Shown piece after piece: positions 1 to 8,004 of a stretch of DNA of 37,646 bases. Made by a program: the position numbers and the translations under genes. The stretch is from a virus, in UHGV virus genome UHGV-0149030; one strand, written 5' to 3'. Below the pieces are notes generated by a model. That model was not told where the DNA came from, did no database searches, and saw only the letters and a program-made list of their open reading frames with translations. Position 1 is the first letter of the stretch. Every line of letters begins with the position of its first letter.

Positions 1-1140
1 GGCTACAATGCTAGTGGTATTTACGAGCAGTATACCTATAAAACGCAAGTAGCAAGTGCTATTGCCCAAGGCAAACGTGCGCATACCTACATTTGGTATG
101 ACACTTGGGGAAACATGGATATTGCGAAAACAACAATGGATTACTTCTTGCCGCGTATTCAAACGCCTAAAAATTCCATCGTTGCATTAGACTTTGAACA
201 TGGAGCGTTGGCTAGTGTTCCAGATGGATATGGAGGATATGTAAGTTCAGATGCCGAAAAAGCAGCAAATACAGAGACAATTTTGTACGGTATGCGCAGA
301 ATCAAACAGGCTGGCTATACTCCAATGTATTACAGCTATAAGCCATTTACACTAAATCATGTAAACTATCAACAAATCATCAAAGAGTTTCCTAACTCTT
401 TATGGATTGCTGCGTATCCTATTGATGGTGTGTCACCAAATCCATTGTATGCTTATTTCCCAAGCATGGATGGTATTGGCATTTGGCAATTCACATCCGC
501 TTATATTGCAGGTGGTTTAGATGGTAACGTAGATTTAACAGGAATTACGGATAGTGGTTATACAGATACCAATAAACCAGAAACGGACACGCCAGCAACA
601 GATGCAGGTGAAGAAATCGAAAAAACACCGAATTCTGATGTTAAAGTTGGTGATACCGTCAAAGTAAAATTTAATGTCGATGCTTGGGCAACTGGTGAAG
701 CTATTCCAGATTGGGTAAAAGGAAACAGCTACAAAGTGCAAGAAGTAACTGGAAGCAGAGTATTGCTAGAAGGTATCTTGTCATGGATTAGCAAAGGCGA
801 TATTGAATTGTTGCCAGATGCTACAACTGTTCCCAATAAGCAACCAGAAGCAACACACGTGGTTCAATATGGCGAAACATTATCGAGCATTGCGTACCAA
901 TACGGAACGGACTATCAAACCTTAGCTTCCTTAAATGGGTTGGTAAATCCTAATTTGATTTATCCTGGTCAAGTTTTGAAAGTCAATGGATCAGCAGTAA
1001 GCAACGTTTATACAGTCCAATACGGCGAAACTTTATCAAGTATTGCCGCTAAGCTTGGCACGACTTATCAAGAGTTAGCTACATTAAACGGATTATCAAA
1101 TCCTAATTTGATTTATCCTGATCAAACATTGAATTATTAA
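1..1140 (+). CDS. Endolysin C-terminal part: end of GH25 muramidase domain, SH3-like segment and two LysM repeats. The N-terminus is at 37485..37646, so the gene spans the window junction.
   Basis: Frame 1 is open from nt 1 and is the direct in-frame continuation of the ORF ending at 37646 (..AIAQIG|GYNASGIY..). Two LysM repeats are visible: [42 protein letters not shown] and [43 protein letters not shown]. Confidence 0.8.
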   Translation, partial: GYNASGIYEQYTYKTQVASAIAQGKRAHTYIWYDTWGNMDIAKTTMDYFLPRIQTPKNSIVALDFEHGALASVPDGYGGYVSSDAEKAANTETILYGMRRIKQAGYTPMYYSYKPFTLNHVNYQQIIKEFPNSLWIAAYPIDGVSPNPLYAYFPSMDGIGIWQFTSAYIAGGLDGNVDLTGITDSGYTDTNKPETDTPATDAGEEIEKTPNSDVKVGDTVKVKFNVDAWATGEAIPDWVKGNSYKVQEVTGSRVLLEGILSWISKGDIELLPDATTVPNKQPEATHVVQYGETLSSIAYQYGTDYQTLASLNGLVNPNLIYPGQVLKVNGSAVSNVYTVQYGETLSSIAAKLGTTYQELATLNGLSNPNLIYPDQTLNY

Positions 1141-1153
1141 GAAATAAGCAAAT

Positions 1154-1190
1154 CCCTACTTCTCACTGTGAGAGGTAGGGATTTTTTTAT
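1154..1190 (+). terminator. Rho-independent terminator downstream of endolysin
   Basis: Stem ccctacttctc / gagaggtaggg (11 bp, one G-U pair), loop actgt, followed by the run attttttta. Confidence 0.7.
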
Positions 1191-1381
1191 TTATTCGGTA
1201 TATTTTACATGTCTATTCGCTTGCCTTTTTTTATTTTTTGATGTAGATTTTATCTTGTTGTTATAGTCTATTTTGCTAATTTGAATTAAAATGATATTAC
1301 GCAAACCCTTGTGAGTTCTAGTCTGTCTAAATATGGTGTTGTAGAAAAATTACACCGTGAAACTAAATAATTTATTTGAAT

Positions 1382-1427
1382 AGAGCCTAGAATCCTTGCT
1401 TTATAAGGGTTCTAGGCTCTTTTTTTG
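1382..1427 (+). terminator. Long perfect hairpin (agagcctagaa..ttctaggctct, 11-bp stem plus an inner cctt/aagg stem) followed by T7. It is either a terminator or a structured site inside the putative attP.
   Basis: Read directly: agagcctagaatccttgctttataagggttctaggctct ttttttt. Confidence 0.5.
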
Positions 1428-1472
1428 TTGTTAGGAATTTACTGATTTAGTTATTGATGTAGATTTGCTATT

Positions 1473-2654
1473 TTAAAAATTTACATAGCTACTGAAAGCA
1501 TCTGTTGCTTCTTTAGTAACTTCATCAGAAACATGAGTGTAAGTATCCATAGTTATTTGTAAAGAAGAATGTCCTAAACGTTCTTGGATTATTTTAGACC
1601 TAACATTATCTGATTCGAATAATAATGTTGCGTGGGTATGCCGAAAACCATGACAACCAATAGAATGTAAGTTAGCCTTTTCTGCCAATCTTTTGGAACG
1701 TTGGTAAATGTCTTGACTTCGGAACATGGTACCATCAATTTTTGTAAAAATGAGTTGTGTTTTAAACCCACCTTTTTTCATTAAAGCTTCACGCTGTCTA
1801 AGTTTCCATTTTTTTAAGATATAAGCAGTCTTGTTATCAAAAGAAATTTTACGAATAGAATTGGAAGTTTTAGGATCGTTTATAGTCAATCCATTTGTAC
1901 TGATAGCAGTAGTTTTATTTATATTAACTACCTGCTTTTTTAAATCAATATCATTCCAATTCAATGCTAAAGCTTCACCAACACGTATACCAGTAAAAGA
2001 AAGTAAGCGAAAAATAGCACAGTCTAAGTCAGCATAGTATTTTAGAACTAAACTTTCTTCTTTGGCTTGATTGGCAATGCTATCAGCTGTATTTAAGAAA
2101 TGTTCCAGTTCGTCTTTTGTATAGAACTTTCTTTTTGTATCCTTTTCTACTTTCTTTAGCGAACTAGGCTTAGTTATTTTCTTAAATGGGTTTGAGTCTA
2201 TTATTTCTAAACCAACAGCATAGTCACAAACACGAGAAGCATAACTCAAAAGTACTTTTCCCATCTCATTCTTTTTATACCATTCATTAACAGATTTTTG
2301 CACGATCTTGACTGTTAAACGCTCAAGTCGCATTTTCCCGAATGTGGGTAAAATGTGTTTTTTCATACGTCGTTCAGTAGCTATAAATGTGGATTCCCTA
2401 ACTGTTTTTTTGTATTCGTCCAACCACATATAATAAACTTCTTCAAAAGTGGTTAAATGAGTATGCTCGTTAGCTAGATTTCCATTATCAAAATCTAATT
2501 TTTTTTGATTAAGCTTGAGCTGTGCTTCTTTTTTTGTATTACAGTTTCTGATAGTGACATTAATTTGTTTTCCAGTTAAATAATCTACGCCTAAATAGGC
2601 AGTTACTTTCCAGTATTTTTTTCCTTTTTTTGTATATTGTTTAAAAGTTGCCAT
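1473..2654 (-). CDS. int: Tyrosine recombinase, phage integrase family
   Basis: C-terminal catalytic signature ..HGFRHTHATLLFESDNVRSKIIQERLGHSSLQITMDTYTHV (R..HxxR..Y). The N-terminal KKGKKYWKVTAYLGVDYLTGKQ segment is typical of the arm-binding domain of Firmicutes phage integrases. Confidence 0.92.
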   Translation of the reverse strand: MATFKQYTKKGKKYWKVTAYLGVDYLTGKQINVTIRNCNTKKEAQLKLNQKKLDFDNGNLANEHTHLTTFEEVYYMWLDEYKKTVRESTFIATERRMKKHILPTFGKMRLERLTVKIVQKSVNEWYKKNEMGKVLLSYASRVCDYAVGLEIIDSNPFKKITKPSSLKKVEKDTKRKFYTKDELEHFLNTADSIANQAKEESLVLKYYADLDCAIFRLLSFTGIRVGEALALNWNDIDLKKQVVNINKTTAISTNGLTINDPKTSNSIRKISFDNKTAYILKKWKLRQREALMKKGGFKTQLIFTKIDGTMFRSQDIYQRSKRLAEKANLHSIGCHGFRHTHATLLFESDNVRSKIIQERLGHSSLQITMDTYTHVSDEVTKEATDAFSSYVNF

Positions 2655-2839
2655 TGTTTATCCTTTCCACTTGGGCAAGCGAATAGAAGGAATGACAAAT
2701 TTCTAGCACCTCCTTATTAAATTTTAAAGCCCCTGGCATGAATCGAACACGCTTAGACTCGCCAGAGAGGGGGATTTATAGAAGAAATTATGTTATAATT
2801 GGTCTATGAAGAGGTCATCCAATTGTAAAGGGGTTTTCT

Positions 2840-3487
2840 ATGATGGTTACTGAATACTTAAATATTTTTGCAGTACTTATACAATCTACTGCTACAGGAT
2901 ATTTTACCTATTTCTTAATTAAGAGTAATGACTTGTTAGTTTTATCAAATGCACAAAAAGAAGAAAAAATAGCAGTAGTATCAATATTGTCAGCTATTAA
3001 TTTAGCTGTATTTTTGTTAGCTCAAAGTATCATTTCTTACAATTTGTCGAATATGGAACCGTACATCCAACAAATTGCGGCTGCAATACTATCATTTGTA
3101 TTAGTATTAGTAATTGGGTTGTTCGTTTTACCTAAAGCAATTTTATCTTTTTTTTCTTGGATAAATAAACTTAGAAAAAAGAAGGGTAAGCTAGAATTTA
3201 CACATAGAGCAATTAGAGATACTGCGTTGGATAATTCTTATCATCAATACATCTATGTTTTTGATTTTGCAAATAACTATATCGCTTCTGGCTATTTAAA
3301 TGTTTATCAATATAATACGGATGAATACAATGAGTTACTATTATATGCACCAAAAGAACCTGAAAAAAGACGAACTGTCGAAGCAGTTGAAATTCTATTT
3401 AAAAATAATGATATAAATATTTTGATTGATTATGAGAAAAAAGTGAAATTGTATATAGTGCCTATGGACGAGGCTGAGGGCGAGTAG
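2840..3487 (+). CDS. Polytopic membrane protein (3 predicted TM helices plus a ~110-aa C-terminal soluble domain). Moron, candidate superinfection-exclusion or abortive-infection protein.
   Basis: Hydrophobic segments LNIFAVLIQSTATGYFTYFLI, IAVVSILSAINLAVFLLAQSII and IAAAILSFVLVLVIGLFVLP. It lies between int and the immunity genes. A TATAAT box sits at 2795..2800 upstream. Confidence 0.6.
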   Translation: MMVTEYLNIFAVLIQSTATGYFTYFLIKSNDLLVLSNAQKEEKIAVVSILSAINLAVFLLAQSIISYNLSNMEPYIQQIAAAILSFVLVLVIGLFVLPKAILSFFSWINKLRKKKGKLEFTHRAIRDTALDNSYHQYIYVFDFANNYIASGYLNVYQYNTDEYNELLLYAPKEPEKRRTVEAVEILFKNNDINILIDYEKKVKLYIVPMDEAEGE

Positions 3488-3527
3488 GTGGCGGAGGAGG
3501 TGCTCCTTTGCCACCATTTCTTTTTTC
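3487..3527. terminator. Bidirectional terminator between the convergent morons
   Basis: ggtggcGGaggagGTGctcctTTgccacc hairpin followed by atttcttttttc, with an A/T run on the other side. Confidence 0.6.
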
Positions 3528-3580
3528 TCCATAATCGGGCATTGTTCTAGTAGTTGGCATTTTTAATATTCCTTTCTAAT

Positions 3581-4345
3581 TTATTTAATTCGTAGTGGTT
3601 GACCAGGATAAAAAACAGAGGTGTCAATGCCTGGATTCAATGCTAATAGTTGTTCTAAGGTTAAGCCATTTCTTTCAGCTACTTGTCGAGCTCCTTCACC
3701 GCTTCGTACTTCGTCATATACAGGTTGTTCAGATTCAGAGCTTTGAGGTTGTTCAATTACTGAAGATGATTGAGTAGATGGCAATGGTTGTTGTGATGTA
3801 GAAATTTCCGTGTCAACAGCAGCTAATTCGGTGTACAGGTCTGTTAACTTATTTGCTTCAGCAGTATAAACATCTGTTAGTTTATTTGCCCAAGATTCAT
3901 ATAATGAATAGTCGTCTTTATTAGAAAGTTGTATGCTTGCCATTTCCGAAATTCCAGTATTTGAAATATCTGCTAATTTTCCTATTTTAGAGTTTAAAAC
4001 CTCAGCTAATGCTGAAACATTGCCTTTTATAGGTTCTCCTTCATTTCGCAGTTCTTCAATCAATATAGGTGTAGTTGTAGTCAACTTTTGAGTATAAGTC
4101 TCTAAAATTTGGGAATAGGTAGACCCGCCTAATTCTTTTTGTGTTGTTTCATCTGTTTGTGTACTTGAATAATGTATAGTTGATGACTCACTACTTGAGC
4201 TATTATTTTTTTTAGAATCAGAAATATCTTTCTTTTCAGATGTAATTGAGGTAGAACTTGAGTTTTGCTTTGAAACCTGTTTAGTTTCGTTAGAACAAGC
4301 AGTCAGCAGTAATAATGATAAACCTAAAGTAACAATTTTTTTCAT
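3581..4345 (-). CDS. Secreted lipoprotein with a Ser/Thr-rich linker and a C-terminal LysM domain. Moron, candidate Ltp-like superinfection-exclusion lipoprotein.
   Basis: MKKIVTLGLSLLLLTAC is a signal peptide with lipobox LTAC. The C-terminus DEVRSGEGARQVAERNGLTLEQLLALNPGIDTSVFYPGQPLRI is LysM-like. The ORF track starts at 4363 (MRINLK); MKKIV at 4345 is the likelier start. Confidence 0.65.
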   Translation of the reverse strand: MKKIVTLGLSLLLLTACSNETKQVSKQNSSSTSITSEKKDISDSKKNNSSSSESSTIHYSSTQTDETTQKELGGSTYSQILETYTQKLTTTTPILIEELRNEGEPIKGNVSALAEVLNSKIGKLADISNTGISEMASIQLSNKDDYSLYESWANKLTDVYTAEANKLTDLYTELAAVDTEISTSQQPLPSTQSSSVIEQPQSSESEQPVYDEVRSGEGARQVAERNGLTLEQLLALNPGIDTSVFYPGQPLRIK

Positions 4346-4432
4346 TTTTAAATTAATCCTCATTTCTGTTATAATATGCTTGTCAGTAAATCTCTAAATG
4401 AGATTGAAGTCCGTGTCCCCACACGGGCTTTT

Positions 4433-4855
4433 TTACTGTGCGTAAGAATAATTCTTTTTGAAGTATGAATGACAAACATCGAAACATTCCGTTCTTAAAT
4501 TACTATTTATAGAATAAAAATCAATAAAATTATCTAATTTAAATTGTGATTCATCCGTTAGTTCATTTTCTACAAAAATGTTTAATAGAATTATAATTGC
4601 TATTTTATTAGCTTCTGTCTCGAACTTTGAATGAAAAGTAATAGAGCTATCATATAACGTTGTATATTCGTAGTGTGAAGCGATAAAATGGCCTAGCTCA
4701 TGTGCTAAATGAAAGGCTTCCGCTCTATCCTCATGTAATTTTTCGTTTAAAAATACGATTCTTGGCTTAGGATAGTAGAATCCAGATTCTTCCATTTCCA
4801 TATAAACCAATTTTAAATTATAATCACTTAGCAATTCTTTTAATTTTAAATACAT
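4433..4855 (-). CDS. immA: ImmA/IrrE-family zinc metalloprotease (anti-repressor protease)
   Basis: HEXXH motif HLAHELGHFIASH. It is co-oriented with and immediately downstream of the XRE repressor gene, the immR-immA arrangement known from ICEBs1 and Firmicutes prophages. Start taken at MYLKLKELL (4855); the longer ORF to 4948 overlaps the repressor gene. Confidence 0.75.
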   Translation of the reverse strand: MYLKLKELLSDYNLKLVYMEMEESGFYYPKPRIVFLNEKLHEDRAEAFHLAHELGHFIASHYEYTTLYDSSITFHSKFETEANKIAIIILLNIFVENELTDESQFKLDNFIDFYSINSNLRTECFDVCHSYFKKNYSYAQ

Positions 4856-4871
4856 ACCAACACCGCTCCAA

Positions 4872-5192
4872 TTACTCGTTTTCTTCCAAAGCTTTAGCGA
4901 TAGCAATTGCTTTACGCATTGTCTCCTTTGATATTTCTTTTCCATCAAATGAAAATACAGTATCGTCTTCTGATAAATCTACTTTTTTTGGAGCTTCTTT
5001 GAGTTCTCTTCCTAGAAGGTAGTCAACAGATACATTAAAATATTCTGCTACTTTTTCTAAATCTTTTGCTTTAGGATCATTTGTTTTCCATTTATAAAAT
5101 AAGTTCTCACTAAATCCTAGCTCAAGAGCTACTTGTTTAACATTTTTATTTTTCGCTTTTGCTAAAGATTTTATCCTCTCAAACAGTGACAT
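4872..5192 (-). CDS. XRE-family HTH repressor (CI/ImmR-like) with no S24 peptidase domain
   Basis: HTH segment VKQVALELGFSENLFYKWKTNDPKAKDLEKVAEYFNVSVDYLLG. Start chosen at MSLFERIK, preceded by GGAG; the ORF track extends to 5207. Confidence 0.8.
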   Translation of the reverse strand: MSLFERIKSLAKAKNKNVKQVALELGFSENLFYKWKTNDPKAKDLEKVAEYFNVSVDYLLGRELKEAPKKVDLSEDDTVFSFDGKEISKETMRKAIAIAKALEENE

Positions 5193-5237
5193 AAAAGCAT
5201 TCTCCATTCTAAAACAAATAAAAAGTACCTGAACTTA

Positions 5238-5266
5238 TATATTTTTGTTGACAAATGTATAAGTTC
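5238..5266 (+). promoter_or_regulatory. Sigma-A-like promoter TTGACA-17-TATTAT (rightward). A mirrored TTGACA is on the minus strand at 5419..5424.
   Basis: Hexamers and spacing read directly. The region is AT-rich, so this assignment is tentative. Confidence 0.35.
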
Positions 5267-5282
5267 GTATTATTATTTGTTT

Positions 5283-5302
5283 GTAAGTTAATTAGATAGA
5301 AA
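5283..5302. promoter_or_regulatory. Operator half of a 20-bp perfect inverted repeat, GTAAGTTAATTAGATAGAAA (left copy)
   Basis: Exact reverse complement present at 5437..5456. Contains a palindromic TAATTA core. Confidence 0.6.
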
Positions 5303-5436
5303 AAAAAGCAAACTAAAAACACACCTTACAGCATTAAGTTTGGCGACCGAGTGCAAAATAAAGGCTTTGTTATAGGCTTATTTAACTATGTATTTATAGT
5401 ATATGTTTGGGTACTTTTTGTCAACATATTTTTATA

Positions 5437-5456
5437 TTTCTATCTAATTAACTTAC
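5437..5456. promoter_or_regulatory. Operator, right copy (TTTCTATCTAATTAACTTAC) of the 20-bp inverted repeat
   Basis: Perfect reverse complement of 5283..5302. Lies 28 bp upstream of the cro-like start. Confidence 0.6.
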
Positions 5457-5483
5457 TAAATACTATAGAAAGGAGTATAGACT

Positions 5484-5675
5484 ATGCCAGATACGTCAGT
5501 GGGCAGAACGAAAATTCGCGAGTATTTCGATGATAAGAAAATATCATTAACATCTGTAGCAACATATTTTAACATTCCAAAACAGGACTTAAACGATTAT
5601 CTTTCTGGAAAAAATCAAAGTAAAAAGGCTCACGAAACACTAACGGCAATTATTGAATACTACAAAATCAGATAG
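5484..5675 (+). CDS. Cro-like small HTH regulator
   Basis: 63 aa, divergent from the repressor, RBS AAAGGAG. HTH-like segment ISLTSVATYFNIPKQDLNDYLSG. Confidence 0.6.
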   Translation: MPDTSVGRTKIREYFDDKKISLTSVATYFNIPKQDLNDYLSGKNQSKKAHETLTAIIEYYKIR

Positions 5676-5687
5676 GAGGTGTAAAAA

Positions 5688-5957
5688 ATGGAAGTGATTT
5701 TAACTCCAGAAAATGAAGCTTCTCTAAGAGATTTTGTACACGGAATTATTGTTGATGAAATAGAAAAAGCACGAAGAGATACCGCAGTTGATAAGCGAGT
5801 CTTAAATCAAACAGAGATTGCAAAATATTTCAATGTTTCCACAACAACAATAAGGGAATGGGAGAAGCTAGGTCTTCCACATGGATCAGTAAGTAAACAA
5901 GGGAAGTTCTACGACAAAGAAGAGTGTCGCAGATGGCTTCTATCACAAAAAAGATAA
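5688..5957 (+). CDS. Excisionase/AlpA-like HTH DNA-binding protein (Xis candidate)
   Basis: NQTEIAKYFNVSTTTIREWEKLGLP resembles the HTH_17/excisionase family. Strong RBS GGAGGTG. Confidence 0.5.
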   Translation: MEVILTPENEASLRDFVHGIIVDEIEKARRDTAVDKRVLNQTEIAKYFNVSTTTIREWEKLGLPHGSVSKQGKFYDKEECRRWLLSQKR

Positions 5958-5991
5958 ATCTTGGGCAAGCGAAATTTAGGGAGGAAATAAT

Positions 5992-6171
5992 ATGAAAAAA
6001 ATATATCACTTAAGACGTATAGCGGCATTGCTAATCGTTTTTGGCTTGGGGCTTTTAGTAGGTGGCAATATTGGTCCATTAATCCAAAACATATATATAG
6101 CAGCTTTTATCATTTGGTTGCTCTATTACGATTTAGCGTTGGAAGATCGAGAAGTAAAAAAACAAAAATAA
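5992..6171 (+). CDS. Small membrane protein (59 aa, 2 TM), not in the ORF track (below the length cut-off)
   Basis: RBS AGGGAGGAAATAAT then ATG. MKKIYHLRRIAALLIVFGLGLLVGGNIGPLIQNIYIAAFIIWLLYYDLALEDREVKKQK. Confidence 0.5.
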   Translation: MKKIYHLRRIAALLIVFGLGLLVGGNIGPLIQNIYIAAFIIWLLYYDLALEDREVKKQK

Positions 6172-6237
6172 AGACCCACTTCGACGGCCATCAAAGTAGG
6201 TCAATTACAAATATCAAATTCAAGGAGAGTGTACCAC

Positions 6238-6537
6238 ATGAATAAAGAAATTGAAAGAATGATTATTGAACTTGAAAAAGAATGTAAGGCACAGAATGTT
6301 GAACTTCTTCTATGTGCTACAAATTTTGAAACAGGCCAAGGAAGTACTGCGTTTTGTGGTTCAGTTATCGGGTTAGCTATACTCTTGCAAAAACTTGTAG
6401 GTGATCTAAAAGAGCAATTAAGTATAAGCGAATCTTGTGATTGTCCAGAATGCGTAGCAGAAAGAGCCGAAGATGCTGCAAATGAAAAATCTATGGATGA
6501 ATTACTAACTGCATTTTTACGAGGTGAACTGCAATGA
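6238..6537 (+). CDS. Hypothetical protein
   Basis: ORF with RBS AAGGAGAG 8 nt upstream of the ATG at 6238. The track starts at the GTG at 6229. Confidence 0.5.
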   Translation: MNKEIERMIIELEKECKAQNVELLLCATNFETGQGSTAFCGSVIGLAILLQKLVGDLKEQLSISESCDCPECVAERAEDAANEKSMDELLTAFLRGELQ

Positions 6538-6758
6538 TTGAAGTAAGAGGTTTAAGTGATGATGTTTACGAATTAATGTTAGCGAATGCTCAAAATAGAA
6601 TTGTTCAATCAATTCGAACTGCAGCATCAAATGGTAATACAAGTTGCGTGGTGAATAGTAAAGGTCTTACATCAACGTTTTTATCTCAATTAGAAACAGA
6701 AGGATTTGATCACGTTGAACTTGAAGAAAACAAAACGAAAATATTCTGGGAGTGGTGA
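6534..6758 (+). CDS. Hypothetical protein
   Basis: ATGA overlap with the preceding gene; compact early operon. Confidence 0.45.
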   Translation: MIEVRGLSDDVYELMLANAQNRIVQSIRTAASNGNTSCVVNSKGLTSTFLSQLETEGFDHVELEENKTKIFWEW

Positions 6759-6861
6759 AAATGCCTGAATTTGATTCATTAGGAGCTAGACAAGAGATGC
6801 CAGAAGAAAAAGAAGTATTAGAGCCAACATGGGAATATGACGAAGAAGAGGAGAAACAAAT

Positions 6862-7080
6862 ATGAATAGAAAGCAATTGATAATGAGAATGAGTTTAATG
6901 GATCAACGTGAAATTTTAGGTTTTGATTTAGATATTGAGGAAACAGCCTTGTACGATGAGTTAAAAAAGGTAATAAAAAAACATGGTCTTAGTTATGAAC
7001 AAATAAATAGGGTCATCACTGTAATTGATGACCGCTATTTTGAAAATGCGGTTACTAAAAACCGTACTTTTTCTCAATGA
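6862..7080 (+). CDS. Hypothetical protein
   Basis: ORF in the early operon. Confidence 0.45.
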   Translation: MNRKQLIMRMSLMDQREILGFDLDIEETALYDELKKVIKKHGLSYEQINRVITVIDDRYFENAVTKNRTFSQ

Positions 7081-7309
7081 GTTTTTCGAGTTCATCCTTA
7101 GATTTTTTAATGGGATATTTTTCAGCAGTTTCTTTAGATGCACCCAAAATAAAGAATGATGACGCAAAACCTTGTACCGTCGAAGAACCATCAATAGATT
7201 CTTGAACAATTGATAATATTTTCCAACCATGATCAAGCAAAAGATTTACAAGCTCTGTTTCACTAGTATCAATTTTTTCAACTCTATCAACATCATAATT
7301 CAGCAACAT
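7055..7309 (-). CDS. Hypothetical protein on the opposite strand inside the early region
   Basis: RBS AAGTGAGGTGAT upstream of ATG (MLLNYD..). Divergent from 7360..7665. Confidence 0.5.
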   Translation of the reverse strand: MLLNYDVDRVEKIDTSETELVNLLLDHGWKILSIVQESIDGSSTVQGFASSFFILGASKETAEKYPIKKSKDELEKLIEKKYGF

Positions 7310-7359
7310 AATCACCTCACTTTTACGAATAGTATAACAAAGAATAGGAGCAAAAATAT

Positions 7360-7665
7360 ATGAGTAACGATTTAGATGTAATAGCAGATCAAATTATAGT
7401 AGCAGTGATTGAACCGTTTTTACCTGCTTTGTATGAATTTCAAGAAAGTACAAAAGATATGATTAAAAAAAATGCAAGAACTTATAAAGAAGCGATGGAT
7501 TTGCAAAGAATGATAGATTCTAAAGTCGACAGCATTTTGTTAGATGTCTTTGGTAATGAGGACACCATGAGAAAGGACAATGCGTTTAGATTACTAAGTG
7601 CGACTTTATTATGGACGTACAAAGAAATAGAAAAAGAAGCTATGAATCAAGAAATCAATCCATAG
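7360..7665 (+). CDS. Hypothetical protein; N-terminus MSNDL is identical to the RecT start
   Basis: ORF. 16-bp identity at the start (7359..7374) with 8053..8068. Confidence 0.5.
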   Translation: MSNDLDVIADQIIVAVIEPFLPALYEFQESTKDMIKKNARTYKEAMDLQRMIDSKVDSILLDVFGNEDTMRKDNAFRLLSATLLWTYKEIEKEAMNQEINP

Positions 7666-7683
7666 CAAAGTTTGTTGTAAATT

Positions 7684-8004
7684 TTAGATGTATGCATAAT
7701 GCTCTTTTAAAATGTCATAGGCAGCATCAACGGCTCCTGTATATGTGGAACTGTTTTGTTCTTTCTCTATAGCGGAGAAAAAGTTTCGTAATTTATTTAC
7801 AAAACTCAAGAAATAATTGTTCTCACCAAAAACAATCAAAATGTCTGCTTTCTCTGCTTCTAATCGGAGTAATTTTAAATGCGCATTGAGTTCGTTTCTG
7901 CTAAGGGCTTCATGCTTTACGCTGAAATGAAACCGTATCGCCGAAGCATTTGCCATGATACTTTTAGCGCAGCATTTAGCTTCATCTGAATAGATAAATT
8001 TCAT
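7684..8004 (-). CDS. Hypothetical protein on the opposite strand
   Basis: Same RBS AAGTGAGGTGAT as the 7055..7309 gene. Divergent from recT. Confidence 0.5.
   Translation of the reverse strand: MKFIYSDEAKCCAKSIMANASAIRFHFSVKHEALSRNELNAHLKLLRLEAEKADILIVFGENNYFLSFVNKLRNFFSAIEKEQNSSTYTGAVDAAYDILKEHYAYI

Larger units (their letters stand above)
1141..1472. other. Putative attP region between lysin and the 3' end of int. It holds 13-bp direct repeats TTGATGTAGATTT (1238..1250 and 1454..1466) flanking a long perfect palindrome at 1382..1420.
   Basis: AT-rich non-coding region in the canonical lysin-attP-int position of temperate Firmicutes siphoviruses. The direct repeats are candidate arm-type sites, which fits the integrase carrying an N-terminal arm-binding-like domain. 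Confidence 0.4.

Noticed and set aside
535-741. 68-aa minus ORF inside the endolysin gene, and the 1589..1771- and 1831..2037+ ORFs inside int
   Set aside because: Nested in or antisense to well-supported genes.
4405-4435. Hairpin ccgtgtCCCCacacgg followed by gcttttttac between the lipoprotein gene and immA
   Set aside because: It would terminate plus-strand transcription, but both flanking genes are on the minus strand, where no U-run follows the stem. Possibly a relic, or a roadblock against antisense read-through; not confidently a functional terminator.
6761-6864. 34-aa acidic ORF (MPEFDSLGARQEMPEEKEVLEPTWEYDEEEEKQI) between 6534..6758 and 6862..7080
   Set aside because: Very short and without a convincing RBS. 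Could be real but not supportable.
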